This document shows, piece by piece, positions 1-12,417 of a DNA stretch of 64,000 bases. Numbering within the stretch: the first letter of the stretch is position 1; each line of letters opens with the position of its first letter. Location: NCBI GenBank assembly GCA_964016885.1, contig OZ024745.1, positions 56,606,001-56,670,000 on the forward strand, read 5' to 3'. The stretch comes from Eledone cirrhosa. Its lineage: Eukaryota. The notes beneath the pieces are model-generated. The model had not been told where the DNA came from. It saw nothing but the letters and a program-made list of their open reading frames with translations, and did not search any database. The position numbers were made by a program, and so were the translations under genes.

Positions 1-2524
1 AAGATGAAGGAAAACCCAAAAGGGCCAAAAAAAAACAAAAGAGAAAATTCACAAAAAGCCCCAACAAAACACAAAAGCATACACAGCAAAATACAGACAC
101 CACTAACACAAACACTTCCCCAATAACATCAACACCATCCCCACAATCCCCGAGACGCAAACAACCTAAACAAACACAAGTACAAATAAACATACAGACA
201 CCTGAAATTGCAGACACCACCTCCAACAACAAACACAGACACCCTAAACAACAACACCAAAACCATCAACACCACAGTCACTAAAAGGAAAACAAATAAA
301 CCCACACCAACAAAACATTAAAACTTCGTGCTTGTCAGAAGGGCCAATAATAAATTGACGGCCCTCTTAGCACGAAGCGAGGACATTCAAACAGAGGGGG
401 CGCTCTTTGAATTGGTCACATTTTGCGTGCCAGAAGATTTGTTTCTGGTGCGTATGTCGCTCGATTCCTACAAATAAATTCGAGATAGCTTTCCTCAAGA
501 CGTGGGAACATCGAACGTGAAACCCACATCGAGACTTTTAAAGGGGTTCCCAAAAGAAACCCCACCAACCATGGAGATTCGAACCACCCGACCTTCACAA
601 GATCCAGGGAGCTAAGTAAACCTTCCCTCTCTCTTTTAGCTTACCAACATGGCCATATTAAGAGTAGGAAATTTAAATTTTCGCGGCCTGGAAGCAAGGT
701 CGCCCTTCAACGACCTCAGTTCACTGGAAATGGATGTGACTGCCGTCAACGAGACCAGAATTTCTGACACGCGCGCAATAGCCCCTATTTTCGACGACTA
801 TCAGATCTTCGCATCTGTTAGCAGGCCGGGAATGGGATGTGGGGTGGCAGTGCTGTTTAGGATAGGCCTGGATCTCGAGGTAAGGTCGATCTTCTGGGAC
901 CCGGACGGTAAGTTGGTGGTCTTGGATGTGAGCAGTAGCGAAGGATGTGCCTTTAGACTGCTGGCTGTCTACGCCCCTCCTGTGGCCGGACGACCGGACT
1001 TCTTTAGGCGCCTGGAAACCTTTCTGGGTACGTCTCGCCCTTTACGGTTAGCGGGGGACAGGAACGGCATCTTAGACGCACGCTGGGATTGTGTGGGAGT
1101 AGCTGATAGGAGCGGTGGGTGCAAAAGCCTCAAGCACCTAATCAGCCAGTTCCAACTGTCTGACAGGTATCGACTAGATTTCCCCAATGCGCCAGTGTGG
1201 ACCAACCGCATAGGGTCATTTAGATCGTATATAGACAGGATCTTCATTAGGAAATAGATAGAAATAATGTAGGCTGCTCAGTTTTTAAAACGGTCGCCTA
1301 TTCAGAGAAGAAATTTGTGATCTGTGTAGTCGACCTAGATAAAACGCGTAGGTTGGAACCGGGTTGCTAGAAGCTGAACATGTCATTTCCGGCACATAAG
1401 GCTCACAGGGACCGAGTCAACAATTTAGTTAAACAAAAGTTGACAGGGTAGTCGCCGTTTATTAGACGAGCCTTTCCGCAGCTCATTTCTTTGACTGAGC
1501 TGCAGTCCTGGGTCAAGAAGAGACCGAGACTGGGTGACTGGCACCGCAATGTTGCCAGGAACTCACTGCCCTCTACCAAGCGGGCAATGCGATCAGTGGA
1601 ACTTCCACTCTCGAGTTCTACAGAGGATTAGTGGTTGGCAAGCGCGATGACGCACTCGGAGAAGCTTTGGGCCTCGACGAAGTCGAACTGACCAGTCTTT
1701 TCGCGCCGGGGACGATGGCCAATTTCCAGAAATCCCTGGCTTGGCAGTGCTACCGCGGGATACTGCTGATTCAGGATAAACTCTACAGGCACGGAAGTGC
1801 TGTCAGACGGACCTGCCCAAGATGCGCACAGAACGACGAAACCGTTCTGCACGCACTTGTTCAATGTCCGTGCATTACTGACTTATGGATTTATGTCGAA
1901 CCGCTACTATTGCGTGTGGTACGAATCCGGCTATCGGCCGAGTCCATAGTGAAGATCGACCTACCGCCTTCGTTAGGTCAGGAAGAGCAGGACATTTTCC
2001 TCTGTCTGGTGGCAGTTGCGAAAGAGGTTATATGGTGCACCAGGTTAAAAGGACTGAAGACAGACACTTTTCTCTTCGGCCAATCCCTTATCAACTTCTT
2101 CAAGTTTCACATGGAAAGGAAGGTGAGGGTGGAGAGAGAAGTGCTGCCATCCCTCCCCCAGTACATTTGATAAAAGGTGGATGAATGTAGCGAGATTGGC
2201 CCCGTGAGAATGGGCCTACTCTGACCATGCGCCTATAGGCTAGCTAATTTGAAGAGAGGGGTGCTCTCACTGGATGCCCTAGAAGCGCTGGCTGTTTCAG
2301 AATTGGTGGGGTACCTGAGCCACCCATGGGCCGTCCACCCCCTATAGGGGAATTTTGTTATATTTATGCATGTTCTATTTTATATTTTTATAGCTTCATT
2401 GCTAAATTACTCTTGCCATTGTGCACTTTTACTAGACCTTATTGTAAACCCCCACTGTCTGTGTCTTTGTATTGTACCCTATATGTCGGCCATTGTGGCC
2501 AATAAATGAAATCATTATTATTAT
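1..2524 (+). mobile_element. Tx1/L1-clade LINE, copy 1: end of ORF1, APE endonuclease start of ORF2, RT region internally deleted, C-terminal Cys/His region, 3' UTR and (ATT)n tail
   Basis: ORF 649-1257 has APE endonuclease motifs (AVNETR, VYAP, LAGDRN, SYIDRIF). ORF 1631-2170 has CPRC...ETVLHALVQC. Collinear with copies at 4615-7434 and 59765-64000. Ends AATAAATGAAATC(ATT)n. The 5' end lies outside the window. Confidence 0.9.
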
Positions 2525-2700
2525 AGGGTCGGACGCCATGCTTTGACGTATAGAATTACGCGCCTTGTCATTCTGAGTTCAAATGCCGCCGAGGTTAACT
2601 TTGCCTTTCATCCTTACGGGGTCGATAAAATAAAGTACCAGTAATGCACTGGGTAATTGCTGGCCTTGTGCCTAACGTAGAAACAATTATTATTATTATT
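2525..2700 (+). mobile_element. tRNA-derived SINE family A, 5'-truncated
   Basis: B-box GAGTTCAAATGCC, central CTTTGCCTTTCATCCTTACGGGGTCGATAAAATAAAGTACCAG block, tail GGCCTTGTGCC...GAAACAATT(ATT)n. Many copies in the window. Confidence 0.85.
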
Positions 2701-2883
2701 TTTACGCCCCTTTATGGTTACGCTCTTTATGTTCTGAGTTACGCCCCTTTATTGTCTGAGTTCAAATCCCGCCAAGTTTAACTTTGCCTTTCATCCTTAC
2801 GAGGTCGATAAAATAAAGTACCAGTAATGCACTGGGTATTTGCTGGCCTTGTGCCAATAGTAGAAACAATTATTATTATTATT
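2701..2883 (+). mobile_element. tRNA-derived SINE family A, second tandem copy with rearranged 5' end
   Basis: Same B-box, central block and (ATT)n tail as 2525-2700. Confidence 0.85.
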
Positions 2884-4605
2884 TTCTTTCATTATTGTTT
2901 CTGAGATATATGGTGAGTGTCTTCCTGACACCTAGGGCAAATAAATTCACGGTGTACATTGGTAATCAGTTAATACAGCACATTGATTTTAATTAAAAAA
3001 CAAAAAAAACACTATACATATATACACATGTGCATATGCATATGTAAATACAAGGAGGGATATCAATTCCTTTCTTGATCATTCCCAGTCGTCCCACAAT
3101 CACTGGTATTGTAACGCCTTGATGTGCCTCATTTTCTCAATTTCAATAAGCAGATCTTTATATTTTCCTAGCTTGTCAAATTATTTTGCCGCGATATTGT
3201 GATCACATGGGATGCTCATATCTATCAATAAACAGACATTGTTATGTTGATCTTTTACAATGATGTCGGGTCTATTTGCTTTTATGGTCCTCTCAGTATG
3301 TACAGGAAAGTCCCAGAGAATTGTTACTTTTTCTCCTTCAGTTACAGCCTCAGGGTGATGATTGTACCACATGTCTTCAGCTTTGCTTTTGTAATGCCGA
3401 CATATTACCCAGTGTAGATATTGGCCAACTCTGTCATGTCTATATTTGTATTCTACTGGCGCTAAAACTTTACATCCAGAGACTAAGTGATCCACTGTTT
3501 CAACCTCAGCATTGCAGAATCGACACTTTGGGTTTATTCCGTTTGTCATCACATTGGCCTGGTAATTACAATAAGCTTTGATCTTGCGCAGCTAAGATGA
3601 AGCCTTCACTATCCGCCTTTAGCCCTGAACTACGTAGCCACAGATGGGTTTGCTTTTGGTCAACATCAGCTTGTTTGCTACGGGCCACATATTTGCCATG
3701 CAGAGGTTTCTGCTCCCAATTTGATGCTAATTGTCCTTGCCCTTTTGCTTTTGCCAGTGATTTGATGTGCCTAGCAGCACCAGTTGCAACAGTTTCTTTA
3801 GTCTGTCCAGCCTGGGTATCAAGCATGAGATCAGTAGTATATTTTTTGTACTCCTTCAAGATGGAATGAAGCTTCTTACTTCTCTCATGCTTTTCAACAA
3901 TTTTCAGCATACAGTCGTTAGTTGTTTCAAGGTATTTCGCCAGTCCATAGATGGTGGTCTTGTAAGCAAGTTCAAATTGGATCAGGCCACGGCCACCTTG
4001 AGTTCTAGGAAGGTAAAGACGATCCACATCTGCTTTTGGGTGGTGCATCCTATTACAGGTCAGTAGCTTACGGACTTTGGTGTCGATTCTTTTAATTTCA
4101 CTCATATTCCAGTTCAACACACCAAAGAGAAGTGACAACTGGGACTGCCAAGGAATTTATGCCTAGTATCTTGTTACAAGCGTTTAGTTCTGATCTCAGA
4201 ACTGCACGTACTCTCCTGTAACATTCTTTCCTTATCCTCTCTTTCATACTTGTATGCTGTATGCCAGATCCCTCATTAATCCCTACGTATTTATAGGTTT
4301 GTTCCTGCTCAAGTTCCTTTATGATTGTTTCAGCATCCAATTCAACTGAGTCTGAGTTGACAAGCGTCCCCTTCTTGAAAGTGGCTTTTGCACACTAGTC
4401 AAGTCCAAACTCCATCCTGATGTCATCGCTAAACGTTTTTACTGTCCGCAAAAGGCCTTCCAGTTTGTCATTATCTTTGCAATATAGCTTCAAATCATCC
4501 ATATAAAATGGGTGGCTTATTTTTTTGTTGTAATCAAAGGTGAGATTTTGAAGATGTCCAGTGGTTTCAGAATCCATGAGTGTGGTATGTTGTCAAAGGC
4601 TTTTT
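2884..4605 (-). mobile_element. R4/Dong-like non-LTR retrotransposon (RT plus restriction-like endonuclease), 5'-truncated and degenerate
   Basis: Minus-strand pieces KAFDNIPHSW, HPFYMDDLKLY (RT), MHHPKADVDRLYLPR..GGRGL, CRFC..ETVDHLVSGC zinc knuckle, RHD, and RPDIIV..D (PD-D endonuclease). (AAT)n at both ends. Confidence 0.85.
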
Positions 4606-4614
4606 ATTATTATT

Positions 4615-7396
4615 GAGAGGGAGTTGGTAGATAAGTTAGACGAGGCTATTTGTAGTGGCATTGCAACTGACATGCTAGCGGCGAGAATGCCATTAGACCA
4701 TTTCTTCAATGCGAAACATGAAGGTTGCATTGGAAGAGCTAAGGCGCGTGCGCTAAGAAACGAGGGAACGAAAGCTGTTCGATGGGCCCGCGTGGCGGAG
4801 GCGCAGCGTGGTAATAAAGCCACAATTCGGTCTTTGGCGAACCGAGATGGACACGAGATAAGCGATTCCAAGCGGAAGTGTGAGGCCTTTCGCCAGCACT
4901 TTGCTCGGTTGTTCGGAGAGAGTGGCGAGTCAGAGAGAGTAGCGGATTTCAGTCCCTACCTAGACGGCTTGCCGCGCATCTCGACGGTCGACGCTGAGCG
5001 CTGCGAAAGGACAATTACTTCAGCCGAAATTCAGAATGCCATTGTCGGCTGCATGTGCGCAAGTCACCCGGTTTGGATGGCCTGCCCTACGAGCTTTACA
5101 TAAATATGCCAGACTTGTTCTCCGACCTCCTCGAAGCACTCTACTGCAACTGGCAGCAGAATCAGAGTATTCCCAGTTCTGTGAGCAGGGGAGTGGTGAC
5201 GCTGATAAGGAAAGACGAGAACAAGAGAGATGCATTAGACAACTTCAGTCCCATAACTCTGTTCAACACAGAGTTTAAGATTTTGGCCAATGTGTTAGCA
5301 AAGAGATTGGCGCTTGTCGTCTAGGATTTGGTTGGGGAGGCGCAAACTTGCGCAATCCCAGCCAGGTCCATACACGACAATCTACACCTCATGCGATACA
5401 TCATAGAGAGGGTAGGTGTAAACCTGGCTTCGGTGGGGGCACTGATCAATTTAGATCAATCGAAAGCTTCGCGATAGGGTCGACCATCGGTATCTGGAGG
5501 CTGTTCTCAAAGCAGCTGGCTTCGGCCCTGTCTTCAGAAGCTGGATCGCTGCAATGCACAGCGGCACACACTCGGTGGTGAAGGTTAATGGCCACCTCTC
5601 GGAACCATTTCTGCTCTCCCGGTTGGTCCGTCAAGGGTGCCCTCTCTCTTCCCTTCTGTACGTATTGACTCTCGAGCCTTTACTGCGGAAGCTGGAGCTG
5701 TTGCAGTGCATCCCGCTCGAACGGGGACATAGAAAGGCGGTGTCGGCTTATGCGGACGACATCACCGTGATGGTGTCGAACACCTCAGAAATCGAGGTGG
5801 TCGGCACCTTATTGAAGGAATATGAAAGGTTGACAGGAGCCAAACTTTACCCGGAAAAGTCAGTGGGATTGCAGCTCGGAACCTGGAGAGGCAAACTCAT
5901 GCCGTCCAACAGCGTCGTTAGGCGCTGGACGGACGGACCGGTAAAGTTGCTTGGGGTTTGGTTCGGACCAGACCTCCAGGTGGAAAAGAATTGGGACGAG
6001 GTAACAAGCAGAGTAGCCAGTCTCACCCAAAAATGGGCTGGGAGGAAGCTATCACTGAAAGGTCGCGCGGAGGTGGAGAATGCGTACATCGCGTCCGTCA
6101 TCTACTACCGCCTGACCGTCGTGCCTTGCCCCCGTCCGCGCCTCGTCAAGTTGGAACGGCTCCTCTTCAAATTCTTGTGGAGGGGACAAGTTACGTTGGT
6201 AAGGCGGTCCATGTGCTGCCAGCACCCTCTACGCGGAGGGCTTGGCATGCCGTGTCTAATGATGCGCAGACATGCGTCGAGGCTGCGACATCTCCAGATA
6301 TTCTGCCTCAACGTGAACAGGTATGGTCACCGTTTATCAGACGGGCCTTTCCGCAGCTCATTTCTTTGACTGAGCTGCAGTCCTTGGTCAAGAAGAGACC
6401 GAGACTGGGTGACTGGCACCTGGAATGTTGCCAGGCACTCACTGCCCTCTACCAAGCGGGCAATGCGATCAGTAGAACTTCCACTCTCGAGTTCTATAGA
6501 GGATTAGTGGTGGGCAAGTGCGATGACGCACTCGGAGAAGCGTTGGGCCTCGACGAAATCGAACTGACTAGTCTGTACCGGCGGACTTTTGAGTCTGGGA
6601 CGATGGACAATTTCCAGAAATCCCTCGCTTGGCAGTGCTACCAGGTGGCTCTGCCGGTTCGGGATAAACTCTACAGTCACGGAAGTGCTGTCAGACGGAC
6701 CTGCCCAAGATGCGCACAAAACGACGAAACTGTTCTGCACGCACTTGTTCAATGTCCGTGCATTACTGACTTGTGGATTTATGTCGAACCGCTACTGTTG
6801 CGTGTGGTACGAATCCGGCTATCGGCCGAGTCCATAGTGAAGATCGACCTACCGCCTTCGTTAGGTCAGGAAGAGCAGGAAATTTTCCTCTGTCTGGTGG
6901 CAGTTGCGAAAGAGGTTATATGGTGGACCAGGTTAAAAGGACTGAAGACAGATACTTTTCTCTTCGGCCAATCCCTCATCAACTTCTTCAAGTTTCACCT
7001 GGAAAGGAAGGTGAGGGTGGAGAGAGAAGTGCTACCCCCCAATACATTTGCTAAAAGGTGGGTGAATGTGGCGAGAATGGCTCGTGTGAATGGGCCTACT
7101 CTGACCATGCGCCTATAAGCTAGCTAACTTCAAGAGAGGGGTGCTCTCCTTGGGTGCCCTAGAAGCGCAGGGTGGTTCAGGATTGGTCGGGTACTCGAGT
7201 CACCCCAAGGTCGTCCACCCCCTATCGGGGAATTTATTTTGTCATATTTATGCATAGTTTATTTTATATTTTTATATCTATATTGTTAAATTAGTCTTGC
7301 CATTGTGCACTTTTACTCGACCTTATTGTAAACACCCCACTGTCTGTGTCTTTGTATTGTCCCCTACATGTCGGCCCTTGTGGCTAATAAATCAAA

Positions 7397-7434
<38 letters not shown>
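4615..7434 (+). mobile_element. Tx1/L1-clade LINE, copy 2: 5'-truncated, frameshifted ORF2 with RT domain, 3' UTR and (ATT)n tail
   Basis: KSPGLDGLP, RQGCPLS, YADD, C-terminal CPRC...HALVQC in ORFs 5055-7118. AATAAA followed by (ATT)n at about 7399-7434. Confidence 0.92.
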
Positions 7435-7436
<2 letters not shown>

Positions 7437-7663
7437 AAAATAAATAGGTGTTTATTCCTAATATAAGTTACTAGGATGTTACAATTGATAAGGTTAAATT
7501 AACGGAGTTATGTATAAAAAAGTTTTTTTATGATTGAAAGAAGGAAAGATAGCTCCAATTCTTTTTTATTAATCGCTAGTCCGGGATTAATTATTTATTC
7601 TAAATAAATAAATAAACCAACATCCCTAGTAACTTATATTAGGAATAAACACCTATTTATTTT
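7437..7663. repeat. Inverted repeat with ~44-bp arms and ~140-bp spacer (MITE-like)
   Basis: AAAATAAATAGGTGTTTATTCCTAATATAAGTTACTAGGATGTT (7437-7480) matches the reverse complement of 7619-7663 with a single 1-nt indel. Confidence 0.85.
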
Positions 7664-7778
7664 ATTTATTTATTTATAAATCAACATCGCTCGTAACTCA
7701 TATTATAAACAAACTATCCTTTTAAAAAAACAAACACATATGCTATTATTAAAATATATATTTATATATTTATATATT

Positions 7779-7862
7779 AATATAATAAGAAAAATAATTC
7801 TTTAACAATATAATAAGAAAAATAATTCTTTAACAATATTATAAGAAAAATAATTCTTTAAC
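7779..7862. repeat. 28-bp minisatellite, 3 copies
   Basis: AATATAATAAGAAAAATAATTCTTTAAC x3. Confidence 0.85.
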
Positions 7863-8415
7863 AATTTTAGATTGATAATTCGTACAGCTTCGTTAAATTA
7901 ACAATATTCTGAAAACATTCTCAATGTTGAAAATGTTTGAATCCACAAATTATTCTAATCTAACAACTTGAATATTTTCAACATCCTTCGTATCTCATAT
8001 TTGTTTATATAAACAATCAATGCATACGCAACTTATTAATATATATAGATATATTTACAAACATATAACCTATCCTAATGTAATAAGATAAAAATTCTTA
8101 CAACCATAATTCTTCATATAATTTTATAACTTATAACAAAAATCTCTTCCCCCAAATTAACGTTATTCTTTTCTATTTCTCTTCATTCCTTATCATAAAT
8201 ATAAATATTTTCCATAGCGTCTAAAATAACGTTTTTTCAGCCCTTTAATATAAACATCATTTGCATACTCATATTAATAATTTTAAATATCTGACTTTTC
8301 TTCTCTCTTCCCTTCACTTTCCAGGGATAACTTGAACCGTTAAGGTATATTATCCTTGGTCATGTCAAATATTTATAACACATTATGTATTTTATCTGAC
8401 GATAGCGTACCAACC

Positions 8416-8688
<273 letters not shown>

Positions 8689-8733
8689 GTGACGAAACAT
8701 AAGTCAATTGCATGAACTCATAATCCTTTATTT

Positions 8734-8789
8734 ACTGCTATATATATTTCGATGATAGCCATTGAATGGCTATGACCTCATCAGGCAGT
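8734..8789 (-). ncRNA. Minimal type I hammerhead ribozyme motif (Penelope-type)
   Basis: Minus strand: ACTGC-CTGATGA-ggtcATAGCCA ttcaa TGGCTATcatc-GAAA-tatata-TA-GCAGT. Stem I is 5/5 bp, stem III is palindromic, AATAAA follows. Confidence 0.7.
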
Positions 8790-9135
8790 TAGTCAGTTCT
8801 TAGATATGCCAGCTCTGTGTTTATAGTGTTGATGGTATCAGAGCCTTGGGACATATTTATACATATATGCAGAAAATTTACTCATCTCATTACAGTTGAA
8901 AATTGCAAACTTGACTGTCACCACATATTATGAACCTGAAGATTGCGAAAGCATGAAAGTACATGTTCAATTAACACTTAGAATTTAATATTCTATCATA
9001 CTATTTCATTATAATACCATTATAAATTTTAAAGGATTGTAAATAAAACGAGTAAATCAGACAAAGTTGGAATTCCTCTTATTAATATAATCTTCTATAC
9101 ACAATCATACACACCCGTGTATATTTATCTATCTA

Positions 9136-9171
<36 letters not shown>

Positions 9172-9850
9172 TATATATATATAACGTGGGCTGTATATTC
9201 TATCATATACGACACATTTATGTAAGATAAACATCCTTGAAGCCTCGTTATCAATTTTCAAAAGCTGGGATTATGTCACTGCAACAAAGTCAGCGTTTCT
9301 GATTTTTGATCATCGTCAGAAATACTTCCGCCTTTGTTTGCTAAGACGAAATAAGTTGAAAGCTTTTAGTTTTTAAGGTACTGGATATTGGCTCTAAAAT
9401 TCATCTGCATACAGAGCAAAAGCTGGCGGCCTCAAATTAATAAGTAGTAGTAATGTTCTGACACAGCGTGATTGAGACGAGACCATGTTGTATATTGAAT
9501 CATATACGAAATGTTTACTTACAAAAAAGCCGTGATCACGTCACTGCTATAAGCAACAAAGGAAGAACACCATGACGGCACCGTTTTTTTTATTTTTAAT
9601 CTTTATTTTATTAACAAGTTATGATTTCAGACTAAATTATCAAATACGTACTAAATAGTATTATTTGATATAACATTTTAAACATATATCAAGTTTTGAA
9701 ATATTTAACTTCTAATATCATTGACTTAATCCAATATGTGTATTCACTTACTAGATATTTGATAAATTTTCATTCAATTACGTTATTAATTTTTCATCGA
9801 TTTTCTTCATTCATAAAATTAGTCTGAAGTGGCAAATTAATTGCTGTCAA

Positions 9851-10000
9851 AATAATAATTGTTTCTACTTTTGGCACAAGGCCAGCAATTACCCAGTACC
9901 TTACTGGTACTTTATTTTATCGACCCCGTAATGATGAAAAGAAAAGTTAACCTCGGCGGTTATTGAACTAAGTCCGTAAAGGGCCGTAACTCTATGGTGG
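9851..10000 (-). mobile_element. SINE family A, partial
   Basis: TTGTTTCTACTTTTGGCACAAGGCCAGC...TATCGACCCCG...GAACT. Confidence 0.8.
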
Positions 10001-10755
10001 AAAATATGGCATTCGAATAATAATAAATCATAAGCAGGATTGAGATCCGTTAAAAAATGTATGTAATATAGTCTTAAGATAAAAATTATTGTTTCTGAAT
10101 AGATTAAAATATTGCTACAGAGAAGGAGGTAAACATTGCTTAATTGAAGATTATATCGCTTCTTATTATTTATTATTTCACCAATAAGCATTTCAATGAT
10201 TCCAGAGAGAAATATTATTAGTCTGAATATCTCTTGTTCGCATGTATACATTGTCTGCATAAGCGAAAATGTAGGTAGAACCCGAAATGATATATTTATT
10301 GCAGCAAGTAATTTATGCTACATAAATTAATATGCTTGTGCAATACATTTACATTTCACATTATAAATGTTGAGACGAGCGAGTGGTGAGTACATACGAC
10401 ATACACAACTGTATGCTCAGCCTTGCAAAATGCCAAGTCAAGTATTAATTTATTCAATATCTTCGTTTCTCTAGTTGTAGGTAGGGATTATAATGGACTA
10501 TAATTTACGTTTATAACTATCAATAATTATGTATTCTCAAGTCAATCTTTCCATCATTAAATCGTGTTGCAAATATTCTGATCTATGTTGACAATATACT
10601 TTAGGAATAGAAGTTTGAAATTTGTGCGAGCATAATATCGGTCCATGTTGAATCCAGTAAATGCTGTGTAGCATAGCATAATGTTCCCCGATGATTTGTA
10701 GCGATATTTACTTGACGATATGCATAATTATGACATTTTAATTGTCATATTGATG

Positions 10756-10975
10756 TCTTCTTCTTCTTCTTCTTCTTCTTCTTCTTCTTCTTCTTCTTCT
10801 TCTTCTTCTTCTTCTTCTTCTTCTTCTTCTTCTTCTTCTACTTCTTCTTCACCCGCTTATTCTTGAGAGGGTCGTAGGGACAGAGTCCGCAAACACTCCT
10901 TCCTGTGTGTTCTGTCGGAAGCAACCATCTCTAACTGATCCAACTGGATCCCCAAACAAGACCAGCGAAGCCGGT
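10756..10975 (-). mobile_element. 3' end of an RTE-clade (Expander/Rex3-like) LINE with long (GAA)n tail
   Basis: (TTC)n at about 10756-10850 is joined to sequence resembling the 3' end of the element at 23480-24463. Confidence 0.55.
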
Positions 10976-11264
10976 TTTTGATTCGTAGCGATTTCTTCCT
11001 GAGACATTCTAACCATATGCTGTGAACTTTCAATTCGGAGAAGTCGTAGTTCTACCTGGACTGACTCTCTGATCCCCGCGCTAAAAAGAAGAATTTGCCA
11101 TACACCTATTAAGAAACGTCAATGAGTAAGGGCCGTCTTTCTACCAATAGTTTTAAGTTGGCCTGGGCCAAACTTAGAGGAACCTTGAGCAAAACATCTT
11201 GGATTTACACTTCGGCGATGCTCCCGCATTTCATGTCTACACGGAATCAACCTAGCAGCCTAAA

Positions 11265-11620
11265 ATGTTGCTTTACAGTGCCTGCCGATATCTTCTGACT
11301 GGAGGTTAGCTTAAAGAAAACAGAAGTATTAAACAAGCCCGCATCTCGGGACGATTATCTCCGTATCCCCATCACCTTCGGCTTAATGGAACTCAAAGCT
11401 CTCACCAGTTCTGCAACCTGTGTGACGCCATCGCTGCTTTTGTAGTCAAACTGTCTGTTTCATGAGCCACCTGTGAAAAGGCACATAAAATGATCGTGAT
11501 TTCAGAGAGGTCATCATAGTCTACTCTTTTTTATGTCTTCGAGTCATGGCTTCCTTACCGTGATCACATAAGACTTTTTCAGGTCTTCCAGTCGATTTGA
11601 CCAGTATCAATATTCTTCCC
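11265..11620 (+). mobile_element. Degenerate RTE (BovB-like) RT fragment
   Basis: Hand translation LEVSLKKTEVLNKP resembles the RTE motif LTISLKKTEVL. Confidence 0.5.
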
Positions 11621-12034
11621 TGACAGCATGTCAGGCCATATGTATATTGTATATAAACGTAACAAATATGTTTAACTGTTTTCATATATATATTTATTAT
11701 AGCTAAAATGTGTCTTTTGCCAATTAAAAATAATCAGTTTGCCAATTAAAAATAATCAGTTAAGCTCGCATTATAGACAAATGCGCATTTCCATCAAATG
11801 TTTTCTATTTGTTTTATGCAAAAAAAGCATCTCCAGCAAATGGTCATGATGCAACATTCTATATAGATTATAATCTATTTCATGTCAGTACGGTATGAGT
11901 GTCAGTGATGAAACATTAACAAATCTTGAAACAGAGGTGTACGGTATTCTCGAAACTTACTGGTAATTCCGTGATATATTCAGAGGAAAATACAGAAAAG
12001 TTACGAAACAAAATTTCTATTTATCTTCCTTTAA

Positions 12035-12150
12035 GACGGTGACTTAGCAGAGTCGTTAAGACGTCGGATAGAATGCCTCTTGGCATACTCTGAGGTCAAA
12101 TCCCGCTGAGGTCGATAAAAAAGTGCCAGTCCAGTACTGGGGTCGATTCT
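12035..12150 (+). mobile_element. Diverged SINE related to family A
   Basis: A-box-like TAGCAGAGTCGTT, B-box-like GAGGTCAAATCCC, then GGTCGATAAAAAAGTGCCAG. Confidence 0.6.
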
Positions 12151-12169
12151 ACCTCTATAGAAAAAGTCG

Positions 12170-12417
12170 GCTGTGTTCAGACCTGGAGAGGATTGGGCTC
12201 CACCGGTTTTAATGTGCCCTAAGCACTCAGTGCTCCTTTGGGAGCCCCTACATGGACACACTAGAAGAGGAAGACCAAGGTTAACATATGTTGATGCCCT
12301 AAGGACAGACACTGGTCTGTTGGAGATGCAGGATATGGCAGCGATAATGAGGGACAGAGACCGCTGGAGAGAACTCGTCCATGGATCTCGGGAATTTTAC
12401 CCGCCTTAGATAGATAG
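12170..12417 (+). mobile_element. 3' terminal fragment of an RTE-clade LINE
   Basis: LLWEP..G..RRGRPRLTYVD...MRDRDRWR, a typical RTE C-terminus, with a TAGA tail. Second copy at 54140-54392. Confidence 0.8.

Noticed and set aside
613-648. Splice-like signals and pyrimidine tract in the Tx1 ORF1-ORF2 spacer
   Set aside because: The donor-like GTAAGT is present only in copy 3 and the acceptor-like TTTTAG only in copy 1, so they are not conserved between copies.
9291-9322. CTGACGA-TGAT/ATCA-GAAAC on the minus strand
   Set aside because: No UH site or stem I. At best a decayed remnant.
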